Part shown: one piece after another, positions 35,315 to 44,244 of the stretch
Numbering within the stretch: position 1 is the stretch's first letter
Layout: every line of letters begins with the position of its first letter
IMG/VR virus record: IMGVR_UViG_3300043395_003277
Location: 1-64,000 of that record
DNA from: a virus
Direction: 5' to 3' (one strand)
DNA: 64,000 nt
Notes under the pieces: model-generated
The model's input: the letters and a program-made list of their open reading frames with translations, nothing else
Told to the model about the DNA's origin: nothing
The model's database searches: none
Position numbers and translations under genes: made by a program

Positions 35315-35320
35315 ATTATA
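35315..35320 (-). promoter_or_regulatory. -10 box for the RNA operon
   Basis: perfect TATAAT about 27 nt upstream of the first structured RNA. Confidence 0.55.
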
Positions 35321-35323
35321 CAT

Positions 35324-35433
35324 AAAAAATCCCGGTTTCTCAGGCCGGGATCTGTCTTCCTTACCGCTGACGCGAGCACTTCAATAAACGAAGTGTCAGG
35401 GAGTTCGACTATTTCCCTGGAGCGTTAGTGCTC
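35324..35433 (-). ncRNA. candidate stand-alone sRNA with its own promoter and terminator
   Basis: TGnTATTGT at 35448-35440; GAGCACT/AGTGCTC and CAGGGA/TCCCTG stems; terminator ATCCCGG-N9-CCGGGAT-TTTTT at 35351-35324. Confidence 0.5.
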
Positions 35434-35445
35434 AGGAATACAATA

Positions 35446-35616
35446 TCATTTTTTCTTTGCTTTTTTGGCAGTCCTTGCGGATTCTTTAAAAGCCTTGGCG
35501 GTTGGTGCACCTTTTTCACCAGGTTTACGCATTTTTTCTCCGCTGCCAGCGGCAATGCGCTCACGTTTGGCATTGATATTAGCGTATAAACCAGGCTTAG
35601 ATTCCTTCTTTGCCAT
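35446..35616 (-). CDS. 56-aa basic protein (not in ORF track)
   Basis: MAKKESKPGLYANINAKRERIAAGSGEKMRKPGEKGAPTAKAFKESARTAKK, a recurrent phage family. Confidence 0.8.
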   Translation of the reverse strand: MAKKESKPGLYANINAKRERIAAGSGEKMRKPGEKGAPTAKAFKESARTAKKAKKK

Positions 35617-35803
35617 TGTTTTGTTTGCGTTCTTCTAATAGTTTAAGATACTTACATGGTTTTGCAGACTTAGCCCAATCTCTGGGAGGGTTTGGCATGA
35701 TCCTTTCCAGCTCCCAGAAATAACGCTCTAGTCTTTCGGCTTCGCTGGGAAGTTTAAACTTCTTTTCCTTGCGTTGCTTTGCCAAACTTTTGCATAATCT
35801 CAT
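35597..35803 (-). CDS. hypothetical protein
   Basis: ORF fills gap between two genes; start uncertain. Confidence 0.45.
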   Translation of the reverse strand: MRLCKSLAKQRKEKKFKLPSEAERLERYFWELERIMPNPPRDWAKSAKPCKYLKLLEERKQNNGKEGI

Positions 35804-35954
35804 CCATGCACTCTAGAGACTCCAGGCGCATCAAGATGTCTGTGATGGTGGAGATCGTGATTGGATGTTCAGCCCGCGCTGCAAACGCCAGGGCATCACG
35901 CAAATTAGCACTTGCTTGATCAATGGCATCTTTGACTTGATTAGATAAAGACAT
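35754..35954 (-). CDS. hypothetical cyanophage protein
   Basis: MSLSNQV...LRDALAFAARAEHP motif. Confidence 0.75.
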   Translation of the reverse strand: MSLSNQVKDAIDQASANLRDALAFAARAEHPITISTITDILMRLESLECMDEIMQKFGKATQGKEV

Positions 35955-36078
35955 CTGGGATTGTTTGGGTGCTTTAAGTATAAAAGAAAGTGTTTCCATG
36001 GCGACTATCCCGTACGTATTAATTATCAATCAAAGATAAAAATAATACGTACGGAATATACAACCTAGGGTGTACGGT

Positions 36079-36651
36079 TTACAGCTCGTACCACACCCAG
36101 CCAACTTGATATTCGTCCAGGAAGGGTTCAATACCAATCGCATCCATTAACTCATAAATCAATCGGCCTTTCCCCATTCGAACTCCATTTCTCTTGATGT
36201 TGTCATCGACAACAATCAAGGTTCCATCTTTTACCAGGTCTTTGGCAGCAAACAATTCTTTTAGATGGTGGGCCGCTGGTGCCCAATCATTTGCCCAGTT
36301 GTCAATGTTGTACGAATCCAGGTACAACAAATCGGCTTTCCCTTTGAGAGTGCTAAGAAGTTCGACAGAATCTGATTGAATAACTTCTGCATGTACAGTC
36401 GATACCCTCGCTAGCTCACAAGCTTTCTCATCAATATCAACAGAAATCAATGTGCCGCCACGGTAATGAACATAATTGTCAAAAAGAAGGGTTGAGCAAC
36501 CATCGCCACGATAGTTGTTTTCTTCTCGGTATGTGCCGGTTTCAATGATTGTGGGATTAGGGCGTTGGTCTAAATGCGCAAAGATCCTCTCGAAGCCGTG
36601 TGCGCGGGCTCCAAGATTGGACTTAACCTCAGCAAAGTACTCTTCCCACAT
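36079..36651 (-). CDS. class I SAM-dependent methyltransferase (Methyltransf_24-like)
   Basis: IIETGT, SVDID, DLLYLDS, LIVVDD. Confidence 0.8.
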   Translation of the reverse strand: MWEEYFAEVKSNLGARAHGFERIFAHLDQRPNPTIIETGTYREENNYRGDGCSTLLFDNYVHYRGGTLISVDIDEKACELARVSTVHAEVIQSDSVELLSTLKGKADLLYLDSYNIDNWANDWAPAAHHLKELFAAKDLVKDGTLIVVDDNIKRNGVRMGKGRLIYELMDAIGIEPFLDEYQVGWVWYEL

Positions 36652-36661
36652 GTTCGCCTAG

Positions 36662-36799
36662 TTATAAATCAACTCGAGTATAAGTGATATCCTGTTCGTC
36701 AAGCTTTTCTTCGTATTCGTCGGCTTCGATTGTTTCAATGTCTTCTACAACGGGCCAACCATCGATGTCGTAATAAAACCTGGTGAGATTACAGGACAT
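36662..36799 (-). CDS. 45-aa acidic peptide (not in ORF track)
   Basis: MSCNLTRFYYDIDGWPVVEDIETIEADEYEEKLDEQDITYTRVDL fills gap in operon. Confidence 0.5.
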   Translation of the reverse strand: MSCNLTRFYYDIDGWPVVEDIETIEADEYEEKLDEQDITYTRVDL

Positions 36800-37037
36800 G
36801 AACCAATTCCAAAATAGAAGTTTTTGTTAAGAATTCACAAAGAAAAATAATGAGGACTGCAATCATCGCGGTCCTACCATTAACGCGTTCTGCGTACCAA
36901 ATAAAATCATTTGGATGGTTTGGTGGATTCCAAAACGCCAGGTCCGGTAACCATTCCTTAATAATTGCTTGAGGTATCCAGGCCAAACAGGAGATCCAGC
37001 CCATGCACCAGTAACGTACTTTGCTAAGACCGTCCAT
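36789..37037 (-). CDS. hli: high-light-inducible protein
   Basis: AERVNGRTAMIA..I.FLCE chlorophyll-binding helix (ExxNxR). Confidence 0.8.
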   Translation of the reverse strand: MDGLSKVRYWCMGWISCLAWIPQAIIKEWLPDLAFWNPPNHPNDFIWYAERVNGRTAMIAVLIIFLCEFLTKTSILELVHVL

Positions 37038-37188
37038 TATTTGGCAGCAAAATTAAACACAAGATACACGTCGAGGAGTGTCACTGTCAACATTGCCATC
37101 AGAATGCTAGCAATCAAATACGTAAACTCCTTCATTCGCACCAAAACAAAAATTGTGATACCTTGAGGATAATATATAAAAACCTCAA

Positions 37189-38043
37189 GTGGTTGCTAAA
37201 ATAGATTTATCAAATCCTTGGATTAAGATCCAGGACAAGCAACCAGCTTTGATGCGGGACCTCAACAGGGCCGCAACCAGAATTACACTTAACGGCAAAA
37301 GGCATTACACCACTCCGTTACCATCTGGACCGGCGCCGTCCGTAACTACTATCATCTCAGAGACAGCTTCCGAAGCAAACAAACGGAAGCTCGAAATGTG
37401 GTCCAAAGCAAATCCAGGCGTTAAAGAAGCTGCTGCTGAACGGGGAACTGCCATCCACTACGGCATGGAACAGTACCTCAAAGGTAATAAACGGCCGGAG
37501 ATTGCAGATGATTATAAAGAATTTTGGCAAGGCATGCCATCAATTCTGGATCAATTTGAAGAAGTACTCTGGGCTGAAACCCCAGTACTTGATAAGTTTC
37601 AATTTACTGTTGGGGCTGATGACGTTGCTCGCGTTTGGGGTTGCGATCCTGATGGGCGTGCCTGGGCTGGTGCTCCCGACATTATCGGCGTGGTTAATAA
37701 TAAGCTTACTTTGGCTGATTTAAAAACCAGCGTTAAACCTTACAGTCGCAAATGGCCAAAAGACCTGGAAAAAGGTTCGCCTGAATGGCGAGATCTGCTG
37801 GGTGGTCACATGAAATTTAAAAAAACCTGCAAACAACTTGCAGCTTATGATTTAGCGATTACTCAAACGTTAGGCCTTAAGGTACAACAAGCTGCTATTC
37901 TGGTATCAACTCCAGTACGCACGCAAGTCTTTAAGATCTCCAGGAACTTCCTTAATGCTTTGCACGAAGATTGGTACAAAATTGTTGAGGAATACTATAG
38001 GCAGATCGAAGAATATGGTAGTGCTGATCCTGATTTGATTTGA
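37189..38043 (+). CDS. PD-(D/E)XK exonuclease
   Basis: PSVTTII, ERGTAIH, AGAPD, ADLKTS, QLAAY. Confidence 0.88.
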   Translation: MVAKIDLSNPWIKIQDKQPALMRDLNRAATRITLNGKRHYTTPLPSGPAPSVTTIISETASEANKRKLEMWSKANPGVKEAAAERGTAIHYGMEQYLKGNKRPEIADDYKEFWQGMPSILDQFEEVLWAETPVLDKFQFTVGADDVARVWGCDPDGRAWAGAPDIIGVVNNKLTLADLKTSVKPYSRKWPKDLEKGSPEWRDLLGGHMKFKKTCKQLAAYDLAITQTLGLKVQQAAILVSTPVRTQVFKISRNFLNALHEDWYKIVEEYYRQIEEYGSADPDLI

Positions 38044-38285
38044 GATGGTTTGGAATCCCGAAGATCCAATCGAAAAACAAAAGCGTATTGCATGGTCTGT
38101 AGCCACTTCGACTGCTATTCAAACAAAAGAAGATCCTGTCCTTATTTACGAAAGGTTAATGAAACAACCTGTTCTCATGAATGTCTCATTGTGCGACACA
38201 AATGATACCTAAAAATTTCAGGTTGCTCTAACGGCTTGTTGGTTTTCTGGCCGTAGGATAAAGAGACAATCAATACCACGCCCTC

Positions 38286-38474
38286 ATGGACATTCACGTC
38301 AACGTGGGTGAGTGGATAAATACTCTCCAAAGTCGCATGAGCAATGCGTCTGATGGGGATTGTTTTTATCTGCCCACCAGTATGCATCTCCATGCGTTTT
38401 CACTCTTAAAAGAGGGCTATTTCCCAGAGCGAGACTTTAAAGTAAAGCTTGACGATTCGACTTTTGTGAAATGA
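38286..38474 (+). CDS. hypothetical protein
   Basis: 62 aa, ATGA-coupled to primase. Confidence 0.6.
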   Translation: MDIHVNVGEWINTLQSRMSNASDGDCFYLPTSMHLHAFSLLKEGYFPERDFKVKLDDSTFVK

Positions 38475-41119
38475 ATACAAATCAATATTCCCTTAAGCCC
38501 GGCGAAATCCGTCTCGATTTCATCCCCGTTGATTGGCCTCTTACTCCACTTGGGGCCAATAAAGATCCTTACGTTATCGGCTGGCAGGCCAAGCCGTTTA
38601 GCGTTAAAGAAATAGAAGAGGAGCTGACAACTGGTAACTGTAAAGCAATCGGTGTGTTAGGTGGTCCGGTATACAATCACCCGTATGGACTTATTTGGGT
38701 TGATGTGGATGGTCCCAGTGTTTATGCACTGATTGAACAACTCTCCAACACAACTTTTGCTGAAGCACTTCCTGCCACTCTTACAGTATTCAGTGGTAAA
38801 GAGGGGCGTGAACGTCGCCTTTACAAACTTGATCGCGATTCACATAAACACCTCATCCGAAACAAATACACTTGGCATGCAGAAGAAAATAAAGAGAAGC
38901 TTGAAATCTTGTGGAAACGCCATCAAGGCGTGCTAATGGGACTGCATCCGGAAACGGATGGTTACTACACAATTGAAAAGCAAGGTTTTGAGTGGGCTCA
39001 CCAGTTGCCTGAATTTCCGGCCTGGCTACTTAACGCCATCATCAATAAAAACGTTAAACAGGGGAAACCGGCAAAAGAAACAACCAGGATGATCGGTGCC
39101 AACTTTGCCATGCAGGCAGAGATTGGTCTTGACCGTGACATTCAGGTTGCAAAAGAAGCAATGTGGGGCATGCCTCCAGATGCCGCTGATGATTACGACA
39201 TCTGGATCACGGTTGGACAATCGCTCCATTCGTTAGACGAATCCCTGCTTGATGAATGGGATAACTGGTCTAAACAATCAAAAAAGTACCGAGATGGTGA
39301 ATGCCATCGTCGTTGGCTTTCTTTTAGTCGTGGTGGTGGCAGGACTGTTGGTTCTCTCCTTCATGTAGCTCAAGAGAATGGCTGGCAGCCGTCCCAGGAG
39401 CACCGGGTACTGAACGTTGATGATGCGACACTTGAGCATGTGTCTGCATTAGTTGAAAAAATTGAAGCTGATCTAGGACTGTCTGCGATGGAAACTGTTG
39501 AAAAGACTCGCAATTCTCACACAACTGGTAGCTGGAACGCATCACGGCGCTTGAAGGCAAGCAGCAGCCAAGAGCAAGGAAAGCAAGAAGACAACCGTTC
39601 GCGTAACCCTTCATCTGATCGCGTTGCTGATACGGTGCTCACCATGTATACAGGTGATCTCAGGTACAGTCAACCCCATGGTCAGTTCTTCTTATACAAC
39701 AAACGCAAAGGGTTGTGGGAACCTTTAACAAAAATTGAGATGCTCGGTGATATCAGGGGCAAACTTAAAACTCTTGTGGAATCTGAATTCTTGCCTAAAG
39801 GATTTAGTACAAACTTGATGAATGACGTATACACCCAACTTCAATCAGAAGTACCTTTTGATGATTGGTATGACGGTGCAGACTATCTGCTGTTTACCAA
39901 TGGTGTGCTGGATGTTACGGCAAAAGAACTAATGCCGTTCGATCGAAATCTATATTTAATTCAACAAATGCCATATGAATATGACCCAGGGGCAACCTGT
40001 GAAGATATTGTTAAATGGCTGAAGCATACGCAGCACAACAACTGGAATCGCACCCAGGTGCTTAGGGCATGGCTGCGTGCAACACTGCTTGGTCGCTATG
40101 AAATTCAAAAGTTTGTTGAGATCGTAGGGCCAGGTAAATCAGGTAAATCAACTTATGCAAACCTGGCTGTTGCATTGGTTGGTAAACAAAATACATACTC
40201 AACTGATTTTGAGAACCTGGAGAAAAACAGGTTTGAAGCTGCTAGTTACATGGGTAAAAAGCTTCTGCTGTTCCAGGATGCTGATCGTTGGGGTGGTTCA
40301 GTTTCAAAACTGAAGGCAATCACGGGTAATGACTGGATTCGTTCTGAACGTAAATATCAGACTGAAAGTCAAGATCCATTTCAGTATCACGGGGTGGTCA
40401 TGATTACGGCAAATGAAGCCATCCAGTCCACTGATTACACTTCTGGTTTGGCACGTCGTCGACTTACTATTCCTTTTGATCGCCCCTTCGAGGGCGGTCA
40501 AGCAGAACAAAAAGAATTAATTAAATTTGATAACAAGGGTAATCCGCAAGGTGTATTTGCGCCACTGCTATCGGGATTGGTCAACTGGCTTCTGGACATG
40601 ACGGAAGAAGACATGCGTTCTTACCTCATGGAGACTGGTAAAAATGTCTTGTTCTTCCAGAAGTATGAGAAGACGCAGAGTCTCCGTTCTAATCCGTTGC
40701 TTGATTGGATGGATCACAAGATCGTATTTGATCCAGGTGTATCATCTCCTGTTGGTTTCTGCAAGGCTCAACCTAGCGGTGGCTCTGGTTACTACATGAA
40801 CTGGAGCGAATGGCTGTATGCAAGCTATGCAGAATTCTGCCGTAGCTGTAATGTTGGCATCATGTCGCGTGGTCGTTTTGAACCACTATTCCTGGACATC
40901 TGTAAGCACCAGCTGAAACTCAATGTCTATGGCATTAAGAGCAACCGGGGTATGCGCATCATCAATGCCGCAGTACGGGAATCAAACAAAACTAAATATG
41001 AGAATTATCCATCCATTGTTGAAGTGGCTGCCAAGCCTGATGAGTACCAACAGCTGTATGGTGCTGTGCTCACTGCGCCTACTGATGCCATAATGGATGA
41101 AAATGCTGTCGATATGTGA
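38471..41119 (+). CDS. primase-polymerase / PriCT-2 / D5-like SF3 helicase
   Basis: WVDVDG prim-pol motif; DYDIWITVGQSLH..WD.WS..S.KY (PriCT-2); FTNGVLD; Walker A GPGKSGKST; KLKAITGND. Confidence 0.92.
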   Translation: MNTNQYSLKPGEIRLDFIPVDWPLTPLGANKDPYVIGWQAKPFSVKEIEEELTTGNCKAIGVLGGPVYNHPYGLIWVDVDGPSVYALIEQLSNTTFAEALPATLTVFSGKEGRERRLYKLDRDSHKHLIRNKYTWHAEENKEKLEILWKRHQGVLMGLHPETDGYYTIEKQGFEWAHQLPEFPAWLLNAIINKNVKQGKPAKETTRMIGANFAMQAEIGLDRDIQVAKEAMWGMPPDAADDYDIWITVGQSLHSLDESLLDEWDNWSKQSKKYRDGECHRRWLSFSRGGGRTVGSLLHVAQENGWQPSQEHRVLNVDDATLEHVSALVEKIEADLGLSAMETVEKTRNSHTTGSWNASRRLKASSSQEQGKQEDNRSRNPSSDRVADTVLTMYTGDLRYSQPHGQFFLYNKRKGLWEPLTKIEMLGDIRGKLKTLVESEFLPKGFSTNLMNDVYTQLQSEVPFDDWYDGADYLLFTNGVLDVTAKELMPFDRNLYLIQQMPYEYDPGATCEDIVKWLKHTQHNNWNRTQVLRAWLRATLLGRYEIQKFVEIVGPGKSGKSTYANLAVALVGKQNTYSTDFENLEKNRFEAASYMGKKLLLFQDADRWGGSVSKLKAITGNDWIRSERKYQTESQDPFQYHGVVMITANEAIQSTDYTSGLARRRLTIPFDRPFEGGQAEQKELIKFDNKGNPQGVFAPLLSGLVNWLLDMTEEDMRSYLMETGKNVLFFQKYEKTQSLRSNPLLDWMDHKIVFDPGVSSPVGFCKAQPSGGSGYYMNWSEWLYASYAEFCRSCNVGIMSRGRFEPLFLDICKHQLKLNVYGIKSNRGMRIINAAVRESNKTKYENYPSIVEVAAKPDEYQQLYGAVLTAPTDAIMDENAVDM

Positions 41120-41469
41120 GCAATGGTCGCCACTTAATCCTTGATCTTTACGATTGCGATCGGGAAATCCTGGATGATTACGCAGAACTACAGCGGTTGC
41201 TGGAAGCTTCTCTTGTTATGGCTAAAGCAACAATTCTCCGCATCTTTGGAGAAAAGTTCCAGCCACAAGGGGTTACGCTTCTGGCACTGCTGGCTGAATC
41301 CCACGCATCTCTGCATTCATGGCCTGAGTTGGGATATTGCGCAATCGATCTCTACACATGTGGCGAAACTACGGAAACACATCGTGCTGCTGAGTTCTTA
41401 AAGAAAAAACTGCACGCAAAAACAGTAGAACAAAAAGAACTTGTACGGTCTGTAACGCCACAGAATTAG
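41116..41469 (+). CDS. speD: S-adenosylmethionine decarboxylase proenzyme family
   Basis: GRHLILDLY, FQPQGVT, LLAESH.S.HSWPE.GY.AIDLYTCG. Confidence 0.93.
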   Translation: MSNGRHLILDLYDCDREILDDYAELQRLLEASLVMAKATILRIFGEKFQPQGVTLLALLAESHASLHSWPELGYCAIDLYTCGETTETHRAAEFLKKKLHAKTVEQKELVRSVTPQN

Positions 41470-41498
41470 ATATACTAAGGCGAGCAATCACTTAATAA

Positions 41499-42779
41499 AT
41501 GACTAAAAAACCTAAGCTCCTTTGGTGTGGTGACATTGTTGCCATGACGGGTTTTGCGCGGGTAACCGAAAACGTACTGAGCCGCATCAAGGATGATTTC
41601 GATATTGTTGTCCTTGGTCATAACTGGTGGGGTGATCCAAGCCCGCTGCAGGCTGAGTATTTAATGTACCCTTCGTCCAATCGATTCCAGCAGGCGCCGT
41701 TTGGTGAAGAACGCATTCGAGAAATTATTGAAAAAGAAAAGCCGGACGTTGTTTTTACCATTAATGATATGTGGATCATTAATGAGCAATACCGTCGTAT
41801 TGAAGACCTTCACAAAGAAGGTCGGTTTAAATTTGTGGGTTATGCGCCCATGGATTCTTATGCATGGACCGGCTGCCTTGCCGAAACAGCCAACAATTGG
41901 GATGCGGTCATCTCTTATACGGAATTTGGCGCTCACGAATTTATTCGTGGTGGTATCAATAAACCAATCGCTGTCGTGCCCCATGGTGTGACTTCTGGTC
42001 AGTTCCAACCCATGGATAAGCTGGAGGCTCGTAAGCGTCTTGGGTTGGATCCAGATACTTTTATTGTGTTTAACGGTAATCGCAATCAATTCCGTAAACG
42101 GATTGATATCACCATTGATGCTTTTGCCAAGTTTGCTGTCGATAAACCTGACACTCGCCTTTACCTACACATGGGTATGAAGGACCAGGGCTGGGACATT
42201 ATGGCGGTGTTTGCTCGTGCCATGCATCGTGTGGGACTTGATCCCAACAATCGCATCATCCTTTCAACGAATACAGCGCAGCCGCCAAACGTATCTGTTG
42301 AAATGCTGAATGGCATTTATAACGCTGTTGATGTTGGCGTCAACACCTGCAAAGGAGAAGGCTGGGGTCTGGTTAACTTTGAACACGCTGCCTGTCGTGT
42401 AGCCCAGGTGGTGCCTGACCATACTTCCTGTAAGGAAATCTTTGATGGGTATGGTGAATTGATTCGTTGTGACCACGTTGATGTGGATACCAACTACTCC
42501 AGGGAGATGCCCTGTCCATCTATCGACCACCTGGCGGAGATCCTTACAGACCTCTACAACGATCGGGAACGCCTCGACCAGGTCGCTCAGAAGTGCTACG
42601 ACCGTGTGACCAGCCCGCAATACGACTGGAGTACGGTTGCTTCCCAGTTCGCTGGAATCTTTGAAGAAGTCCTGAAGGAACCTTCTCTGGTTGATACGCA
42701 AGTTGAGACTCAGGAGAAAAAGAAGAACAAGAAGAAAAAAGAACGTAAGGAGCGTCGGCTGGTAGGTGCCGTAAGCTAA
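41499..42779 (+). CDS. glycosyltransferase (GT-B, family 4-like)
   Basis: TGFARV, HGV, NRNQFRKRID, YNAVDV..NT..GEGWGL..FE.AAC. Confidence 0.9.
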   Translation: MTKKPKLLWCGDIVAMTGFARVTENVLSRIKDDFDIVVLGHNWWGDPSPLQAEYLMYPSSNRFQQAPFGEERIREIIEKEKPDVVFTINDMWIINEQYRRIEDLHKEGRFKFVGYAPMDSYAWTGCLAETANNWDAVISYTEFGAHEFIRGGINKPIAVVPHGVTSGQFQPMDKLEARKRLGLDPDTFIVFNGNRNQFRKRIDITIDAFAKFAVDKPDTRLYLHMGMKDQGWDIMAVFARAMHRVGLDPNNRIILSTNTAQPPNVSVEMLNGIYNAVDVGVNTCKGEGWGLVNFEHAACRVAQVVPDHTSCKEIFDGYGELIRCDHVDVDTNYSREMPCPSIDHLAEILTDLYNDRERLDQVAQKCYDRVTSPQYDWSTVASQFAGIFEEVLKEPSLVDTQVETQEKKKNKKKKERKERRLVGAVS

Positions 42780-42802
42780 GGCGCGATGATCGCATGGGGA
42801 AT

Positions 42803-42828
42803 AGCCTCCGCTCTGCGGGGGCTTTTTT
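42803..42828 (+). terminator. intrinsic terminator
   Basis: AGCCTCCGC-TCT-GCGGGGGCT-TTTTT. Confidence 0.8.
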
Positions 42829-42949
42829 CGTGCCCTTTTAGTCTCACCAGCACCACCTGAGACGCGTAATGGCTGCGGCATGCAGGTATCATCAGAAACT
42901 GACGCATGAAAAGTGATGATACGTCGTCTCTAAACCCCTATATGACGCA

Positions 42950-43086
42950 AATTACACTTTGAATGTAAAGTGTATGAAATTGCTTCACGTCGATAGAATG
43001 AGTCTCAAGTTGAGATACGTATTCTCAGGTTGATCTCATTTGAGAATCTCTGACAAATCAATACACTTTACATACAAAGTGTAATT
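42950..43086. repeat. 26-bp inverted repeat enclosing TCTCA/TGAGA palindromes; candidate replication origin
   Basis: arms 42950-42975 and 43061-43086 match 25/26 as reverse complements; function is inference. Confidence 0.7.
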
Positions 43087-43140
43087 AGGCTCTAGTAAAA
43101 GAATAAACCATACGTATGATCAGTTTTTGGCGTTCCAGGG

Positions 43141-43506
43141 ATGCCTCGCACCTATGAGCCACTACCACCCCTCTGGTACGTGGAGGAGCATCTTGCGTTA
43201 TCTGATCGGTACCCAACGGGCTTGGAGTGGCGTCAAACCACAGGCAGGCATGGTGTTGGCGAAATGGCTGGGAAACGCATGACAGGGAAGTCTTTTTATT
43301 TGGTCTCACTTTTCTCGCGTCGATACCAAGCGCATCGCCTGGTGTACTACCTGCGTTCCGGAACTGATCCCGGTAGTGCAGATGTACTTCATGGTGATGA
43401 CAACCCGGAGAAGGACAACCGCAAGGAACTGGTCTTATTCCACAGGAAAGATCAGTCTCATACAAGACGATCTAAATACCGATCGGATTACTGTTCTTTA
43501 TTTTGA
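43141..43506 (+). CDS. truncated/degenerate HNH protein
   Basis: PLPPL...PTGLEW N-terminus shared with HNH-AP2 genes; AHRLVY...VLHGDDNPEKDN; no AP2 domain. Confidence 0.65.
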   Translation: MPRTYEPLPPLWYVEEHLALSDRYPTGLEWRQTTGRHGVGEMAGKRMTGKSFYLVSLFSRRYQAHRLVYYLRSGTDPGSADVLHGDDNPEKDNRKELVLFHRKDQSHTRRSKYRSDYCSLF

Positions 43507-43527
43507 CTTCAACTGACACTTTGTTAC

Positions 43528-44244
43528 ATGGCAAACCTTCCACAAAAAACAATCAAACTTGCCCAGACCATTCCTTCTTTTTCTCATATTCCAAATATCG
43601 ATTCTTTCTCCGATGAAGTTCTTGAACGACATGGTTACTACAAAGGATTTCCCTGCGCACATGACCATGTCATCCGTAACGCAACAGACCACTGGTGCTA
43701 TCACTGCGCTGCAAAAATACGTGACAATATCTGTGGCTTTGATGTGAACTATATGAATGCAAACTACAAACACAAATATGCTGACCTCTGGAGCAAAATA
43801 CCTGTTGGCTATCTTGAAGACTGCTGGGAGGCCCCAAAACTCACAAAGAAACGTTTGTGCATGCCTTCGTATCGTTCTGCATATGCAACGCAAAATTCAG
43901 CAAACGTCACTGTTCACAAGATTGTTTATCAATGCGCATGGGGCGATATTGGCGCTATGTTCGTAACACGCGTTTGTGGCAACAAAGATTGTTTAAATCC
44001 CCTACACTTAATCTCAAGCTGGAATAGGACGTTTCCTCCGGGTGTTATCAGTCCTTTTGACTATGAATTTAAACCAGAAAAACTGATGCAGTTTGCCAAG
44101 ATTAAAAAATCAAAAGAGTTAAAAATTCTTCGAGAACGCAGTTATAAACAGACGATTCAACATCCATTGGTGCATCGGAATTGTCCCGATTATGATGAGG
44201 AGTACAGGCAGTATTACAAAATAGAATGTCAAGACCAACCGTAG
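43528..44244 (+). CDS. Zn-binding HNH-like protein, probably inactive
   Basis: DCWE...VHKIVY...VTRVCGNKDCLNPLHL (Arg where active members have His). Confidence 0.6.
   Translation: MANLPQKTIKLAQTIPSFSHIPNIDSFSDEVLERHGYYKGFPCAHDHVIRNATDHWCYHCAAKIRDNICGFDVNYMNANYKHKYADLWSKIPVGYLEDCWEAPKLTKKRLCMPSYRSAYATQNSANVTVHKIVYQCAWGDIGAMFVTRVCGNKDCLNPLHLISSWNRTFPPGVISPFDYEFKPEKLMQFAKIKKSKELKILRERSYKQTIQHPLVHRNCPDYDEEYRQYYKIECQDQP

Noticed and set aside
37189-38043. Cas4 / CRISPR adaptation gene
   Set aside because: Lacks the four-Cys Fe-S cluster pattern; context beside the primase indicates a replication/recombination exonuclease.
42264-42881. 205-aa antisense ORF and similar shadow ORFs (e.g. 54440-54913, 19760-20239, 25232-25705)
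   Set aside because: They lie opposite well-supported genes and have no recognisable motifs.
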